The position numbers and the translations under genes were made by a program. From the NCBI GenBank assembly GCA_963664825.1, contig OY761614.1:1216001-1280000 (forward strand): a stretch of DNA of 64,000 bases, in the 5' to 3' direction. This stretch comes from an uncultured Holophaga sp. Lineage in GTDB: Bacteria; Acidobacteriota; Holophagae; Holophagales; Holophagaceae. Each line of letters starts with the position of its first letter. Within the stretch, counting starts at the first letter, position 1. The notes under the pieces were generated by a model, which was not told where the DNA came from, ran no database searches, and worked only from the letters and a program-made list of their open reading frames with translations. Shown one piece after another: positions 40,935 to 50,748 of the stretch.

Positions 40935-41306
40935 ATGGACTCCTCCGATGAACGCAGGGATGGCCGCCGCCTGTTTCTGGGCCCGGAGCATTCCATTCAC
41001 TTTCTGGTGAAAGGCCACCCTTTCCGCCAGGTCCGGATCACCAATGTGAGCCTGGGTGGATGCTTCGCGATGGTCGGCCTACGGGACCAGGGCCTCTTCG
41101 CGCCTGAGACGATCCTGGAACAACTGGGCTTCGAACACCCCGATCTGCCCCAGGGCTCCATCACCGCCCAGGTCCGCTACGCCATCGGCGCCCAGACGGG
41201 GCAGCCCGGCCTGGAATTCATGGGAATCGGCATCGGCTTCACCACCATGCCCCCGGAAGCCCGGGAGGGCCTTGCGGCCTTCCTGGCGGCCTCCCTGGGG
41301 GCCTAG
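40935..41306 (+). CDS. PilZ domain protein
   Basis: ERRDGRR (RxxxR) and NVSLGG (D/NxSxxG) c-di-GMP motifs; GIGF. Confidence 0.82.
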   Translation: MDSSDERRDGRRLFLGPEHSIHFLVKGHPFRQVRITNVSLGGCFAMVGLRDQGLFAPETILEQLGFEHPDLPQGSITAQVRYAIGAQTGQPGLEFMGIGIGFTTMPPEAREGLAAFLAASLGA

Positions 41307-42109
41307 TGGGTGTCGCTCCAGGCCTTGGCGGCCTGGAGATCGGCCCAGACCGCACGCCGCACCTCCTGGGTGTACTGGCGCAGCACATAGGCGGGATGGA
41401 AGGTGGGCATGACGGGAATGCCCCCCAGCATCTCCAGACGCTGCCACTGGCCGCGGGTCCGCGTGATGCCTGTCGTCACGCCCAGGAGCTCCCGCAGGGG
41501 TGTGGCTCCCAGTGTGATGATCACGGCCGGATGCACCAGTTCGATCTGCCGCCGGAGGTAGCCCATGCAGCGCTGGGCCTCCTGGGGAGTGGGGGTGCGA
41601 TTATCCGGGGGACGGCATTTCACGATATTGGAGATATAGACATCGGCGCGCTGGAGGCCGAGGGCTCCGATCATCTTGTCCAGCAGCTCGCCGGCCTTCC
41701 CCACGAAGGGACGGCCCTGCAGATCCTCATCCCGGCCCGGGCCCTCCCCGATGAACATGAGTCTCGAGGTGGCGCTGCCTTCCCCGAAGACGAAGCGGAG
41801 GCGACCCGGGCCCAGGGGGCAGGCCAGGCACCCCTGGATGCAGCCCTCCAAGGCCTCCAGGCTCGAGGCGGCGGCGAGGGCCTCCGGAGGCGGACAACCC
41901 ACGGGATCCGTGGGAGGCGCGAAGGCAGGGGGAGCCACTGGCCGCCTTGGGGGCACGGGAGTGGGCTCACTGGGCCGGGATGCGGGCTCCGGTTGAGACT
42001 CCAGGGGAGGCGGCACCAGCCCCATCAGGCCCAGGTCCTCCAGGGCGTCGCGCCAGGGTCCCAGGGGCCCTTCCCAAGTTGCACGCTCGTGACCCTTCCC
42101 GTTCCCCAT
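41303..42109 (-). CDS. Uracil-DNA glycosylase family 4
   Basis: CLACPL, GEGPG, GRPFVG, NIVKCRPP-x-NR and TFHPAY. Confidence 0.93.
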   Translation of the reverse strand: MGNGKGHERATWEGPLGPWRDALEDLGLMGLVPPPLESQPEPASRPSEPTPVPPRRPVAPPAFAPPTDPVGCPPPEALAAASSLEALEGCIQGCLACPLGPGRLRFVFGEGSATSRLMFIGEGPGRDEDLQGRPFVGKAGELLDKMIGALGLQRADVYISNIVKCRPPDNRTPTPQEAQRCMGYLRRQIELVHPAVIITLGATPLRELLGVTTGITRTRGQWQRLEMLGGIPVMPTFHPAYVLRQYTQEVRRAVWADLQAAKAWSDTH

Positions 42110-42198
42110 GTCCCCTAGACTACTTGGTCTCGGGGCTCTCGACCCCGGGGCCGGGGAACATTGTCCACCCCAGGCGCATTGGATTGCCGGAGCCCCGC

Positions 42199-42717
42199 AT
42201 GCAGCTTCTGAACAACAGCACCACTCCCTTTGGCCCCCATTCCCAATTCCATGAGGCCTTTGCAGCGCTCTATCCCCGTCTCGTCAGCTACGCCCTCCGC
42301 TATGGCGCGAGGTATCCCGAGGATATCGCCCAGGAGGCCTTCGTCATCCTCATGCAGCGTGAAGTCGCCGTGGATCACCCCACGGCCTTCCTCTATGGCA
42401 CCGTGCGCACCCTGGCTCTCACCGAACGCCGCCCCATGAAGAACAAGAACCTCAGCCTGGAATCCGTGATGGAACCCGGTCGCCCGGCCGAGGCCGACGA
42501 GATGCTGCTCAGCGCCGAGGTTCGCGAACGCATGCGCACCCTGTCCCCCACCTTCCGCGAAGCGCTCTGGCTCTTCGTGGTGGAAGGCCTGTCCATCAAG
42601 GAAATCGCCGATATCCTGGCCATTCCCCAGGCCACCGTCAAGACCCGCATCTTCAGGGCCAAGGCCCAGCTTCGCGATCTATTGAATCCATCTGGAGGCA
42701 TCCATGTCCTGGCTTGA
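42199..42717 (+). CDS. ECF RNA polymerase sigma factor
   Basis: EDIAQEAF (region 2), GLSIKEIADILAIPQATVKTRIFRAK (region 4). Confidence 0.88.
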   Translation: MQLLNNSTTPFGPHSQFHEAFAALYPRLVSYALRYGARYPEDIAQEAFVILMQREVAVDHPTAFLYGTVRTLALTERRPMKNKNLSLESVMEPGRPAEADEMLLSAEVRERMRTLSPTFREALWLFVVEGLSIKEIADILAIPQATVKTRIFRAKAQLRDLLNPSGGIHVLA

Positions 42718-43210
42718 TCCCGCCCGCATTGGCGAATCCGCCGAAGATCGCGCACTCCGCGAGGAGCTCCGCGGGCTCCTGGGCGGCCCCGCCGCCAACT
42801 TCTTCCAGGCCGAGGCCACCCCTGAGATCATCGCCCTGGCCGAGGATCTCCGCCGGGAAGCCGAGCGCCGTCGGCGCACCTCTCGCCAGCGGCCCAGCTG
42901 GATGCTCCTGGCCGCGGCCCTTCCCTTCGCCCTTGTGCTCACGGGCATGGGCCTCTGGGGCTTCCACCAAAAGCAGCGCGCCGATATCCTCGCCCAGAAT
43001 CTCGTTCATCAGGACCAGGAACACCGCGCCCAGCTCGTGGCCGTGAGTGACCAGCTCAAGACCGAACGCGAGGCCCGGGAGGCATTCATCCGCACCCTGC
43101 AGAAGGAAGGCCCCAAGAGCCCCCGACGCCAAGGCAAGGAACTGGTGATCCCCGTGAACCGCAGTCCCCTTCCCTCCGCCGCCGACACCCAGATGGTGAA
43201 GGGCCACTGA
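42704..43210 (+). CDS. Putative membrane-anchored anti-sigma factor
   Basis: Overlaps the sigma gene; GGAGG SD; single central TM helix. Confidence 0.6.
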   Translation: MSWLDPARIGESAEDRALREELRGLLGGPAANFFQAEATPEIIALAEDLRREAERRRRTSRQRPSWMLLAAALPFALVLTGMGLWGFHQKQRADILAQNLVHQDQEHRAQLVAVSDQLKTEREAREAFIRTLQKEGPKSPRRQGKELVIPVNRSPLPSAADTQMVKGH

Positions 43211-43317
43211 TCGAGGAGCACCCATTCAAGCGAAGGGCGGCGTAGCGCTGGGAGACCAGGTTCGCCGCCCTTTGTGATTCATGCCGATTCGCACTCAATA
43301 ATCGAGAATGTAGTCGG

Positions 43318-43414
43318 GCGTTCGAAGTCGCTCCGCATCGCAGCCTCGGCCCCTGGCCGGTCTGCGCTGCTGCGCTTGACGCGCTCTGCTTCGCAGATCG
43401 CTATCTTCGAACGC
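43318..43414. repeat. REP/MITE-like palindromic element
   Basis: 10-bp IR GCGTTCGAAG/CTTCGAACGC enclosing tctgc-ttc-gcaga; shares CGCTCTGCTTCG and CTTCGAACGC with the 39.7-kb element. Confidence 0.55.
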
Positions 43415-43469
43415 ACCCTGGTATCAAGCCCCGGCGAAGCCGCTACGATGAAGGAAACGGAGGCGTTCC

Positions 43470-43754
43470 ATGAGCAACGGCCTGCTCTTCCTCATCCTGA
43501 TGGTCTCGGCTCTGGCCGCAGTCCTCGCGGGCATGGCGGTCTTCAGCAATAGCCGCCCCCCTGATTCCCGAGTCAACCAACTCATGGACGACATGGATGA
43601 GATCAAGGGGCTGGTCAACCAGCTCCAGAAATCCGTGCTCCAGATCGAGCGGAAGATGGACAAGGACACCAAGGATGGCCGCGCCGAGCTGAAGGATCTC
43701 CTCGAGCGCATGGCTGATCGCATCGACAAGCGCCTTCAGGAAACGGCTGGCTGA
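43470..43754 (+). CDS. Small membrane-anchored coiled-coil hypothetical protein
   Basis: GGAGG SD, N-terminal TM helix, heptad pattern. Confidence 0.7.
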   Translation: MSNGLLFLILMVSALAAVLAGMAVFSNSRPPDSRVNQLMDDMDEIKGLVNQLQKSVLQIERKMDKDTKDGRAELKDLLERMADRIDKRLQETAG

Positions 43755-43884
43755 ATCCCTTTGCGCTCGTTGCGTTCTTTGCGGTGACAGGACGCTGCCG
43801 GAGGGGGCTCTCACCGTCCAGAACGCCAAGAAAAGACTGCGATCACCAGGAGGGCTGGCCTCAGCCCCAAAACCTCGAGGGTGG

Positions 43885-45795
43885 CTAGCCCGCCTGGGAC
43901 TGAAGTCCCGGCGTCCAACCCTTCTCGTTGAGCAGGCGGACCCCCACGATGCGGCTCAGGCGGAAGGACATCTCCTCCTGATGTAGGTGGCAGAAGGCGC
44001 GGAGATGCTCGCCATCCACGGCCTGGGGCGTGACGCGGCGCAGCTGGCTCCGGTGGGCGGCCAGGGGCATGTAGGTCAGTTCGGCCATCAGGTTGTAGGT
44101 GACACCGTATTCCAGGATGCGCTGGGTCTCTTCGGTGGCCTGGGGACCACCCCCCAGGTTCAGCATGGGAATCCGGCGCTGGACCTCGGTGTAGAGGGCG
44201 GGATCCTCGCTCTGGATGCGCTGAAGGGCGGCCTGGATCATCTGCCTCACGGGCTCCAGGTAGTGGTTCATGCCCTTCTCGTTGACGAAGGCGAGGCAGG
44301 CCAGGGCCCAGAGATACAGCGATTCGTCGCCATCTAGGCTGAGGGGCAGGAAGCGGCCCGGCTTGGGCAGGAAGCCCGCCTGCTTGAGCAGGGCGAAGGC
44401 ATTGCCGGGGCCGCTGGCCTGCAGCACCGTCTCCGAGATCGCCTTGAGACCCAGGGGGGCCATTTCTGGCCGGAGCAGCAGTTCCTCGGCCAATTCCTTC
44501 GTGCGGGCCTTCACGAGCCTCACACCCTGGACCACCTCCACCTCGCCGAGGCGGTTACCCAGATCGTCCAGCAGCTGCGTTAGGGTCTGGGGAATGCCCG
44601 TGTTCCCGCTCCCCAGGCGCATCCTCAATTCCTCGATGCTCAACCCAGCATCCAGGGCGCGGATGAGGGTATCGGGCCCCAGACGCAGGCCCATCATGGT
44701 GTCCATGGATTCCACGTCGCCAAGCTGGGCCAGGCGCAGGAGCCGGTGAGGGTTCTGACCCATGGGCGTGAGGAGTTCGAGATTGGGCTGGACCACCAGG
44801 GGCTGCTCGGCCAGGAAGGGCACCCAGTGGGCCTCCGTGCCCCTGTGATCCCGCAGCAGGTATTCCTGGGCCAGGGCTTCGCCATGGGCCGTGAGCATCA
44901 CGTGCTCCCGCTCCGCATCCATGGCCACGATCCCCATCCGGCGGAGGAAGGGCAGGAAGACATCCCGGGTGCGGTCCACATTCAACGCGTGCAGGGTCCT
45001 GAGGAAGGCCAGGAAGGGATGGATGGAGAGGATCTGCCCCCGGCGTTCCAGGAGGTGACGCATGAGGAAGGCCCGATCCTCCGCTGGAGGCATGGTCCAG
45101 AGCTTGAGATCGTCCTCCAAGAGCTTGGCGAAGGCCCGCTCCGCCACCCAGCGGGGGGGGTGCAGCAGCACGGCTGGCAGCAGGGTATCGACGCGGCCCT
45201 CCCGGCTCCAGAGCAGACCCAGGCGGTGCAGAAGGGCGAAGGCCAGGGTGGCATCCCGCTCTTCCTTGAGATGGGAATTGCGATTCAGGAGCTGGCCCAG
45301 TTCCTTCTTGGCCGGCAGGCCCCCCTTGAGGACCCGGATGCCCCCCATGCAGCGGAGCAGCACCGAAGTCAGCGCCAGGGAGAATCCGTAGAGGGGCGCC
45401 TCTTCCACCTGGGTGCCGAGTTCGGCCTGAAAGTTGAGGGCGCTCTCGTCGAAGTCCGCCAGGGCATCGGCAATGCGGGCTGCGAGCGTCCAGCCCTCCG
45501 GAGCAGGCAGTACCAGGCCGAGATCGGCCAGGAGGGGCACGAAAGCCTCGGCGGGCTGGGCGCCATCCTCGGCCAGCCGCTTGAGGGCCTTCAGATGAGC
45601 GCTATCGAGATCGGCCAGGGCGTTGGTGAGGTTCCGATTTTCCTCGAGATGGAAGGCCATGGTCTTGAGCAGGCGCACGCGCCCCTCGGCCCCCTCTTCC
45701 CAATGTTGAGGCAGCGGCAACTTCCTGCGCTCACAGATCCTGCGAAGTTGCTCATCACTGCAATGGGACAGCAACTGGTAGTGGGTCTGAGCCAT
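43885..45795 (-). CDS. XPB-associated helicase-domain protein with C-terminal WYL domain
   Basis: LVVQPNLELL...TLIRALDAGLS..EL...IPQTL (XPB N-terminal-like domain); LTY...RRVTP...LRAFCHL..EEMSFRLSRI (WYL). Confidence 0.75.
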   Translation of the reverse strand: MAQTHYQLLSHCSDEQLRRICERRKLPLPQHWEEGAEGRVRLLKTMAFHLEENRNLTNALADLDSAHLKALKRLAEDGAQPAEAFVPLLADLGLVLPAPEGWTLAARIADALADFDESALNFQAELGTQVEEAPLYGFSLALTSVLLRCMGGIRVLKGGLPAKKELGQLLNRNSHLKEERDATLAFALLHRLGLLWSREGRVDTLLPAVLLHPPRWVAERAFAKLLEDDLKLWTMPPAEDRAFLMRHLLERRGQILSIHPFLAFLRTLHALNVDRTRDVFLPFLRRMGIVAMDAEREHVMLTAHGEALAQEYLLRDHRGTEAHWVPFLAEQPLVVQPNLELLTPMGQNPHRLLRLAQLGDVESMDTMMGLRLGPDTLIRALDAGLSIEELRMRLGSGNTGIPQTLTQLLDDLGNRLGEVEVVQGVRLVKARTKELAEELLLRPEMAPLGLKAISETVLQASGPGNAFALLKQAGFLPKPGRFLPLSLDGDESLYLWALACLAFVNEKGMNHYLEPVRQMIQAALQRIQSEDPALYTEVQRRIPMLNLGGGPQATEETQRILEYGVTYNLMAELTYMPLAAHRSQLRRVTPQAVDGEHLRAFCHLHQEEMSFRLSRIVGVRLLNEKGWTPGLQSQAG

Positions 45796-45950
45796 GGAAC
45801 CTCGCCCGCACCCGCATGTACAGGTGATCGATCAGGCTCTCACGGAAGGCCCGCAAAAGCCAGTTTTCTTCTCCATCGGTATCCTCCTACACCCTTCGTT
45901 GACCCTCTTGGAATCCCGCTCTAGGCTCAAGGGTTTGAGTAGGTCTTCCA

Positions 45951-47696
45951 TTGATCGCACTCCGTCCAGAGAATCCCCTGATCGTCCAGAGCGATCGCAC
46001 GCTGCTATTGGAGGTCGCCCATCCGGCTTTCGAGCAGGTGCGGGACGAACTGGCCCGCTTCGCCGAACTGGTGAAGAGCCCCGAGCACATCCATACCTAC
46101 CGCATCACGCCCCTTTCCCTCTGGAACGCCTCGGCCTCGGGCGTCCCCTGCGATGAGATCCTGGAGACCCTCGAGCGCTGGTCCAGATACCCCCTACCTC
46201 AGAATCTCCTCCAGGAGATCCGGGACCATGCCACGCGCTACGGGAAGTTGAAGCTCGTGCGCAGGGGTGAGCGCCTAGCCCTGGAGACTTCCGACCGGGG
46301 CCTCTTCTGGGAGCTCGAAAACCAGAAGAACCTCCAGGGCCTCCTGGCCGAACCCTATCCCGACCAGCGGGGCGTCTATTTGCAGGAGGGCATGAGGGGC
46401 GAGGCCAAGCTCCAGCTCGTCCGCCTGGGCCATCCCGTGCAGGACATGGCCGGCTACAAGGATGGCGACGCCCTGCCCTTCCAACTTTCCGCGAATTTGG
46501 CAGGCACCGGACGCCCCTTCCGCCTCCGGGCCTACCAGAAGGCCGCGGCGGACGTCTTCCATGCGGGAGGTGGGCCCGAGGGCGGCGCTGGGGTATTGGT
46601 GCTGCCCTGCGGCGCGGGCAAGACCGTCATCGGCATCGCCTGCATGGCCCGGCTCCAGACCCATACGCTGGTGCTCACCACCAATGTGACGGCCGTGAAG
46701 CAGTGGAAGCAGGAGCTTCTCGACAAGACCACCCTCACCGAGGACCAGATCGGGCTCTACACCGGCGACACCAAGGAGATCAAGCCCGTCACCATCGCCA
46801 CCTACCAGATCCTCACCTATCGCCGCAGCAAGGGCGCGGCCTTCGAACACTTTAAGATTTTCGAGGCCGCCAACTGGGGTCTGGTGATCTATGACGAAGT
46901 GCACATGCTCCCCGCGCCGATCTTCCGCGCCGTGGCCGAGCTCCAGGCCAAACGCCGCCTGGGCCTCACAGCCACGCTGGTGCGCGAGGATGGCAAGGAG
47001 GAGGATGTCTTCTCGCTGATCGGCCCGAAGCGGGTCGATGTGCCCTGGAAGACGCTGGAGAAGGACGGCTTCATCGCCACGGCCCACTGCCTGGAGATCC
47101 GCGTCCCCCTGCCGACCGACGAGCGCATGGAATACGCCGTGGCCGACCAGCGTCAGCGCTTCCGCATCGCCAGCGAGAACAGCATGAAGCTGATGGTCGT
47201 CGACGAACTGCTGAAGGGCCATCCCCACGATCCCGTGCTCGTCATCGGCCAGTACCTCGAGCAGCTCAGGATCCTGGGCGAACGCCTGAAGGCCCCGGTC
47301 CTCACGGGCCAGACGCCCGAGAAGGAACGGGAGCGCCTCTTCGGGGAATTTCGCTCCGGTCACCTCAAGGTCCTCATCGTCAGCAAGGTGGCCAATTTCG
47401 CCATCGATCTGCCCGACGCCTCCGTGGCCATCCAGGTGAGCGGCACCTTCGGCTCTAGGCAGGAAGAAGCCCAGCGCCTGGGGCGCATCCTCCGCCCCAA
47501 GGGCGAACGCAATGTTTCGTACTTCTACAGCCTCATCAGCCGGGACACCAGCGAACAGGAATTCGCTCGCAACCGCCAGCTCTTCCTCACCGAACAGGGC
47601 TACCGCTACCTCATCGAGAGCCGCCACTTCGAGGAGAGCGGACTCCTCAGCGCACCGGTGGTCTGGCCCCAGCTGCTGGAGGAAACCGGCGCCTGA
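45951..47696 (+). CDS. DNA repair helicase XPB (Rad25/Ssl2 family)
   Basis: PLIVQSDRTLLLEV, LPCGAGKT, YDEVH, GLTATLVRED (RED motif) and EAQRLGRILR. Confidence 0.92.
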   Translation: MIALRPENPLIVQSDRTLLLEVAHPAFEQVRDELARFAELVKSPEHIHTYRITPLSLWNASASGVPCDEILETLERWSRYPLPQNLLQEIRDHATRYGKLKLVRRGERLALETSDRGLFWELENQKNLQGLLAEPYPDQRGVYLQEGMRGEAKLQLVRLGHPVQDMAGYKDGDALPFQLSANLAGTGRPFRLRAYQKAAADVFHAGGGPEGGAGVLVLPCGAGKTVIGIACMARLQTHTLVLTTNVTAVKQWKQELLDKTTLTEDQIGLYTGDTKEIKPVTIATYQILTYRRSKGAAFEHFKIFEAANWGLVIYDEVHMLPAPIFRAVAELQAKRRLGLTATLVREDGKEEDVFSLIGPKRVDVPWKTLEKDGFIATAHCLEIRVPLPTDERMEYAVADQRQRFRIASENSMKLMVVDELLKGHPHDPVLVIGQYLEQLRILGERLKAPVLTGQTPEKERERLFGEFRSGHLKVLIVSKVANFAIDLPDASVAIQVSGTFGSRQEEAQRLGRILRPKGERNVSYFYSLISRDTSEQEFARNRQLFLTEQGYRYLIESRHFEESGLLSAPVVWPQLLEETGA

Positions 47697-47704
47697 GCCT
47701 CATT

Positions 47705-49207
47705 TCACCGCGACACTTCGAAGCTCACGGCATGCACGGGTCCCTCGCCGCAGTCGATCCAGGCCACCTGGGCCCCGAAGGCGCGAGCCAGCTGATGCAC
47801 GCCATCCCGGGTCTCGGGCAAGAGGGCCAGCCTGTACTCGGGGTGCATGGAGATCCTCAGGGTGCCGCCCCGCAGGGTCTCGCCCAGGCGGGCGATCTCC
47901 CGATACACCGCCAGGAGGGCGGTCTCGGGACTGAGGCGGCGCCCCGAACCATCACAGTGGGGGCAGGGAGCGGTCAGGATGCGGTCCAGGCTGGGACCCG
48001 TGCGCTTGCGGGTCATCTCTACCAGGCCGAAGTCGCTTATCTCCACGGCCCGCGCGTGATTGCGGTCTCGCTGGAGCTCCTCCTGGAGGCGGTTCATGAC
48101 GGTCTCCCGATGAGCGGCCTCCATCATGTCGATGAAATCGATGACGATGATGCCGCCCATGTTGCGCAGGCGCAGCTGGCGCACCACCTCGGGAATGGCC
48201 TCCAGGTTGGTGAGGAAGACCGTCTCCTCCAGATCCTTTTTGCCCACGAACTTGCCGGTGTTCACATCCACGCTCACCAGCGCTTCGGTCTGGTTGATGA
48301 CCAGGGAGCCTCCCTGCTTGAGGAAGACCTTGGGGTGGCGCGCCAGTTCGACTTCCTTCTCAATGCCGAAGGCGTCGAAGATGGGCAGATCGCTGGTGAA
48401 ATGTTTCACGCGACTGACCCATTCCGGGTGCAGCCGGGCCACGAAATCCACCACCTCCTGATAGGTATCCGGACTATCCACCCAGAAGCTGGCCACCTCC
48501 TCCCGGAAGAGATCCCGCAATACCTTCTGGAGCAGGCGCGAATCCTGCCACACGAGGCAGGGCGCATGGCACTGGCCACTGCGGGCGCGCACCTCGGCCC
48601 AGAGTTCCCGGAGGAAGGCCACGTCGGCCACCAGGTCCTCGTCCTTTTCGCCGATGGCCGCGGTGCGCACGATGAAGCCCTCGCCGGCCTGGGTGTGGCT
48701 CTTGATGAGCTGGCGCAGCCGGTCCCGTTCCATGGGGTCCGTGATCTTGCGGCTGATACCCACGTGTTCCACGCCCGGCATGAATACGAGAAAGCGCCCG
48801 GGGAAACTGATATGCCGCGAGAGCCTGGGCCCCTTGGTGCCGATGGGGTCCTTCACCACCTGCACCAGCACGTCCTCGCCTTCCTTCACGGGAGGGAGCA
48901 CCACCGGGAGCGCTTCGAACTCGAGAACCGCCTCGGGATCCTCCTCTTCGGCGCTCTCCTCAATCCCCAGCCGGTGGGCCTCGGGCTCATCCAGGTAGAG
49001 GAAGCCATCCTTGGGGCCGCCGATGGCCACGAAGGCGCTCTGCATGCCCTGCAGCAGCTTGGCCACCCGGCCCTTGTAGACATCCCCCACCTGACTGATA
49101 TGGGAACTGCGTTCAATAAAGAGCTCGCACACCTGCCCATTCTCAAGAAGGGCGATGCGCGTCTCCAGGGGGGTCGCATTGACCACCAGGGATCGGCGGA
49201 CTTCCAT
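47705..49207 (-). CDS. rng: Ribonuclease G (Rne/Rng family)
   Basis: S1 domain (GMQSAFV), VQVVKDPIGTKGPRL, DVNTG, GGIIVIDFIDM and CPHCDGSG. Confidence 0.9.
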   Translation of the reverse strand: MEVRRSLVVNATPLETRIALLENGQVCELFIERSSHISQVGDVYKGRVAKLLQGMQSAFVAIGGPKDGFLYLDEPEAHRLGIEESAEEEDPEAVLEFEALPVVLPPVKEGEDVLVQVVKDPIGTKGPRLSRHISFPGRFLVFMPGVEHVGISRKITDPMERDRLRQLIKSHTQAGEGFIVRTAAIGEKDEDLVADVAFLRELWAEVRARSGQCHAPCLVWQDSRLLQKVLRDLFREEVASFWVDSPDTYQEVVDFVARLHPEWVSRVKHFTSDLPIFDAFGIEKEVELARHPKVFLKQGGSLVINQTEALVSVDVNTGKFVGKKDLEETVFLTNLEAIPEVVRQLRLRNMGGIIVIDFIDMMEAAHRETVMNRLQEELQRDRNHARAVEISDFGLVEMTRKRTGPSLDRILTAPCPHCDGSGRRLSPETALLAVYREIARLGETLRGGTLRISMHPEYRLALLPETRDGVHQLARAFGAQVAWIDCGEGPVHAVSFEVSR

Positions 49208-49341
49208 GGCTAAAACCTCTCTTCGAACTCGGCGAAGATGCGGCGCGCATCCCCCCAGGTTCCCGCGGGCGTACCAGTCCGTAGGACATCCTTTTTTTAC
49301 CAGGACCCGAGAAACCTGGGAAGGCCTTCGTTCAAGTATTT

Positions 49342-49737
49342 TCAGGCGAAGGCGTCGGTCACGCCTGGAGTCCTCTCCTGGTGTGCCTTCGAAGTGATCC
49401 TGTTCCGCTCGTCCACGAACACCACCCTGGGCTCGTGATGCTGGGCCTCGGCCTCGGTCAGGTAGCCATAGGCCGCCAGGATCACCAGATCTCCCTTGGT
49501 GACCAGATGGGCCGCGGCGCCATTGATCCCCACTTCACCGGAGCCTGGCTGACCCGGGATGACGTAGGTCGAGAGGCGCGACCCGTTGGTGATGTCATAG
49601 ATATCGATTTTCTCGTTTTCCATGAAGCCGGCCGCTTCGATGAGGAGGGGATCGATGGTGATCGAACCCACATAGTCCAGATCGGCCCGGGTGACGGTGA
49701 CGCGATGGATCTTGCCGAGCAGGAATTGTCGAAGCAT
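49342..49737 (-). CDS. panD: Aspartate 1-decarboxylase
   Basis: [12 protein letters not shown] cleavage site, INGAAA. Confidence 0.95.
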   Translation of the reverse strand: MLRQFLLGKIHRVTVTRADLDYVGSITIDPLLIEAAGFMENEKIDIYDITNGSRLSTYVIPGQPGSGEVGINGAAAHLVTKGDLVILAAYGYLTEAEAQHHEPRVVFVDERNRITSKAHQERTPGVTDAFA

Positions 49738-49842
49738 GGTGGCCTCCGGGTCCAGGCCTCCCCAGGAGGTCCCGGCCTATCTAAATCATCGCGCCTTGAA
49801 GGATTCCCGTCCAGGACGCCGTGACCAGCATCCGCGCGGGCC

Positions 49843-50727
49843 CTAGTCCATCTCCAGATGGCTTGTGAAATGGGCCGAATCGGGATCGGGAGCCAGGAGC
49901 ACGTTATCGATGAGGCGGGTCTTGCCGATGATGGCCGCCACGCACATGGCGGCGGTCCGCGTCACCTCTTGACCCAGGGGGTCTAAGCTCTGGGCATCCA
50001 CCAATGCCAGGTACTGCAGCTCGTCGACTTCCCCCAGGTGGGGGCGGGCCAATTCCAGAAGGCGTTCCGAACGACGCTCCCCTGCCTGGAAGGCCTCCTC
50101 GGCCGCGAAGAGACCCCGGCTCAGACAGAGGGCCCGCTTGCGATCCGCCGGGCTGAGATAGGCATTCCGGCTGCTGAGGGCCAACCCGTCGGCCTCCCGC
50201 ACGATGGGCGCCACCACGATATCGACGGGCATGTTCAGGTCCCGGACGATACGGCGGATCACGACGGTCTGCTGCAGATCCTTCTGGCCGAAGAAGGCCA
50301 GATCCGGCAGCACCATGTTGAAGAGCTTGGCCACGACGGTGGCGACCCCCCGGAAATGCCCGGGCCGGAAGGCCCCGCAGAGTTCATTGCCGAGCTGGCC
50401 GGGTTCCACGAAGGTGCAGAAACCCGTGGGATAGACCTCGGAGACCTCAGGTAGGAAGAGCACGCTGACGCCCAGTTTGAGGCAGAGGGCCTGATCCCGG
50501 TCCAGGTCCCGGGGATAGTTGGCAAGATCTTCCGTGGGACCGAATTGGGCGGGGTTCACGAAGATGGAGACCACGGTGTGATCGCAGCGGGCTGTGCTCT
50601 GCCGGATCAGCGCGGCATGGCCCTCGTGGAGAAAGCCCATGGTAGGCACGAAGCCGATGCGGCTACCATTCTCCCGCAGCGCCTTGAGAACAGCACGCAG
50701 CTCAGGGATGGTACGAACGATTCGCAT
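49843..50727 (-). CDS. panC: Pantoate--beta-alanine ligase
   Basis: VPTMGFLHEGH, FVNPAQF, RPGHFRGV, FGQKD and GLALSSRN. Confidence 0.95.
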   Translation of the reverse strand: MRIVRTIPELRAVLKALRENGSRIGFVPTMGFLHEGHAALIRQSTARCDHTVVSIFVNPAQFGPTEDLANYPRDLDRDQALCLKLGVSVLFLPEVSEVYPTGFCTFVEPGQLGNELCGAFRPGHFRGVATVVAKLFNMVLPDLAFFGQKDLQQTVVIRRIVRDLNMPVDIVVAPIVREADGLALSSRNAYLSPADRKRALCLSRGLFAAEEAFQAGERRSERLLELARPHLGEVDELQYLALVDAQSLDPLGQEVTRTAAMCVAAIIGKTRLIDNVLLAPDPDSAHFTSHLEMD

Positions 50728-50748
50728 GGACAATGGGGGGACTCCCGT

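Noticed and set aside
43758..43835. ctttgcgctcgttgcgttctttgcggtga with a degenerate inverted partner
   Set aside because: Resembles common intergenic REP-like repeats but is single and too degenerate to support a call
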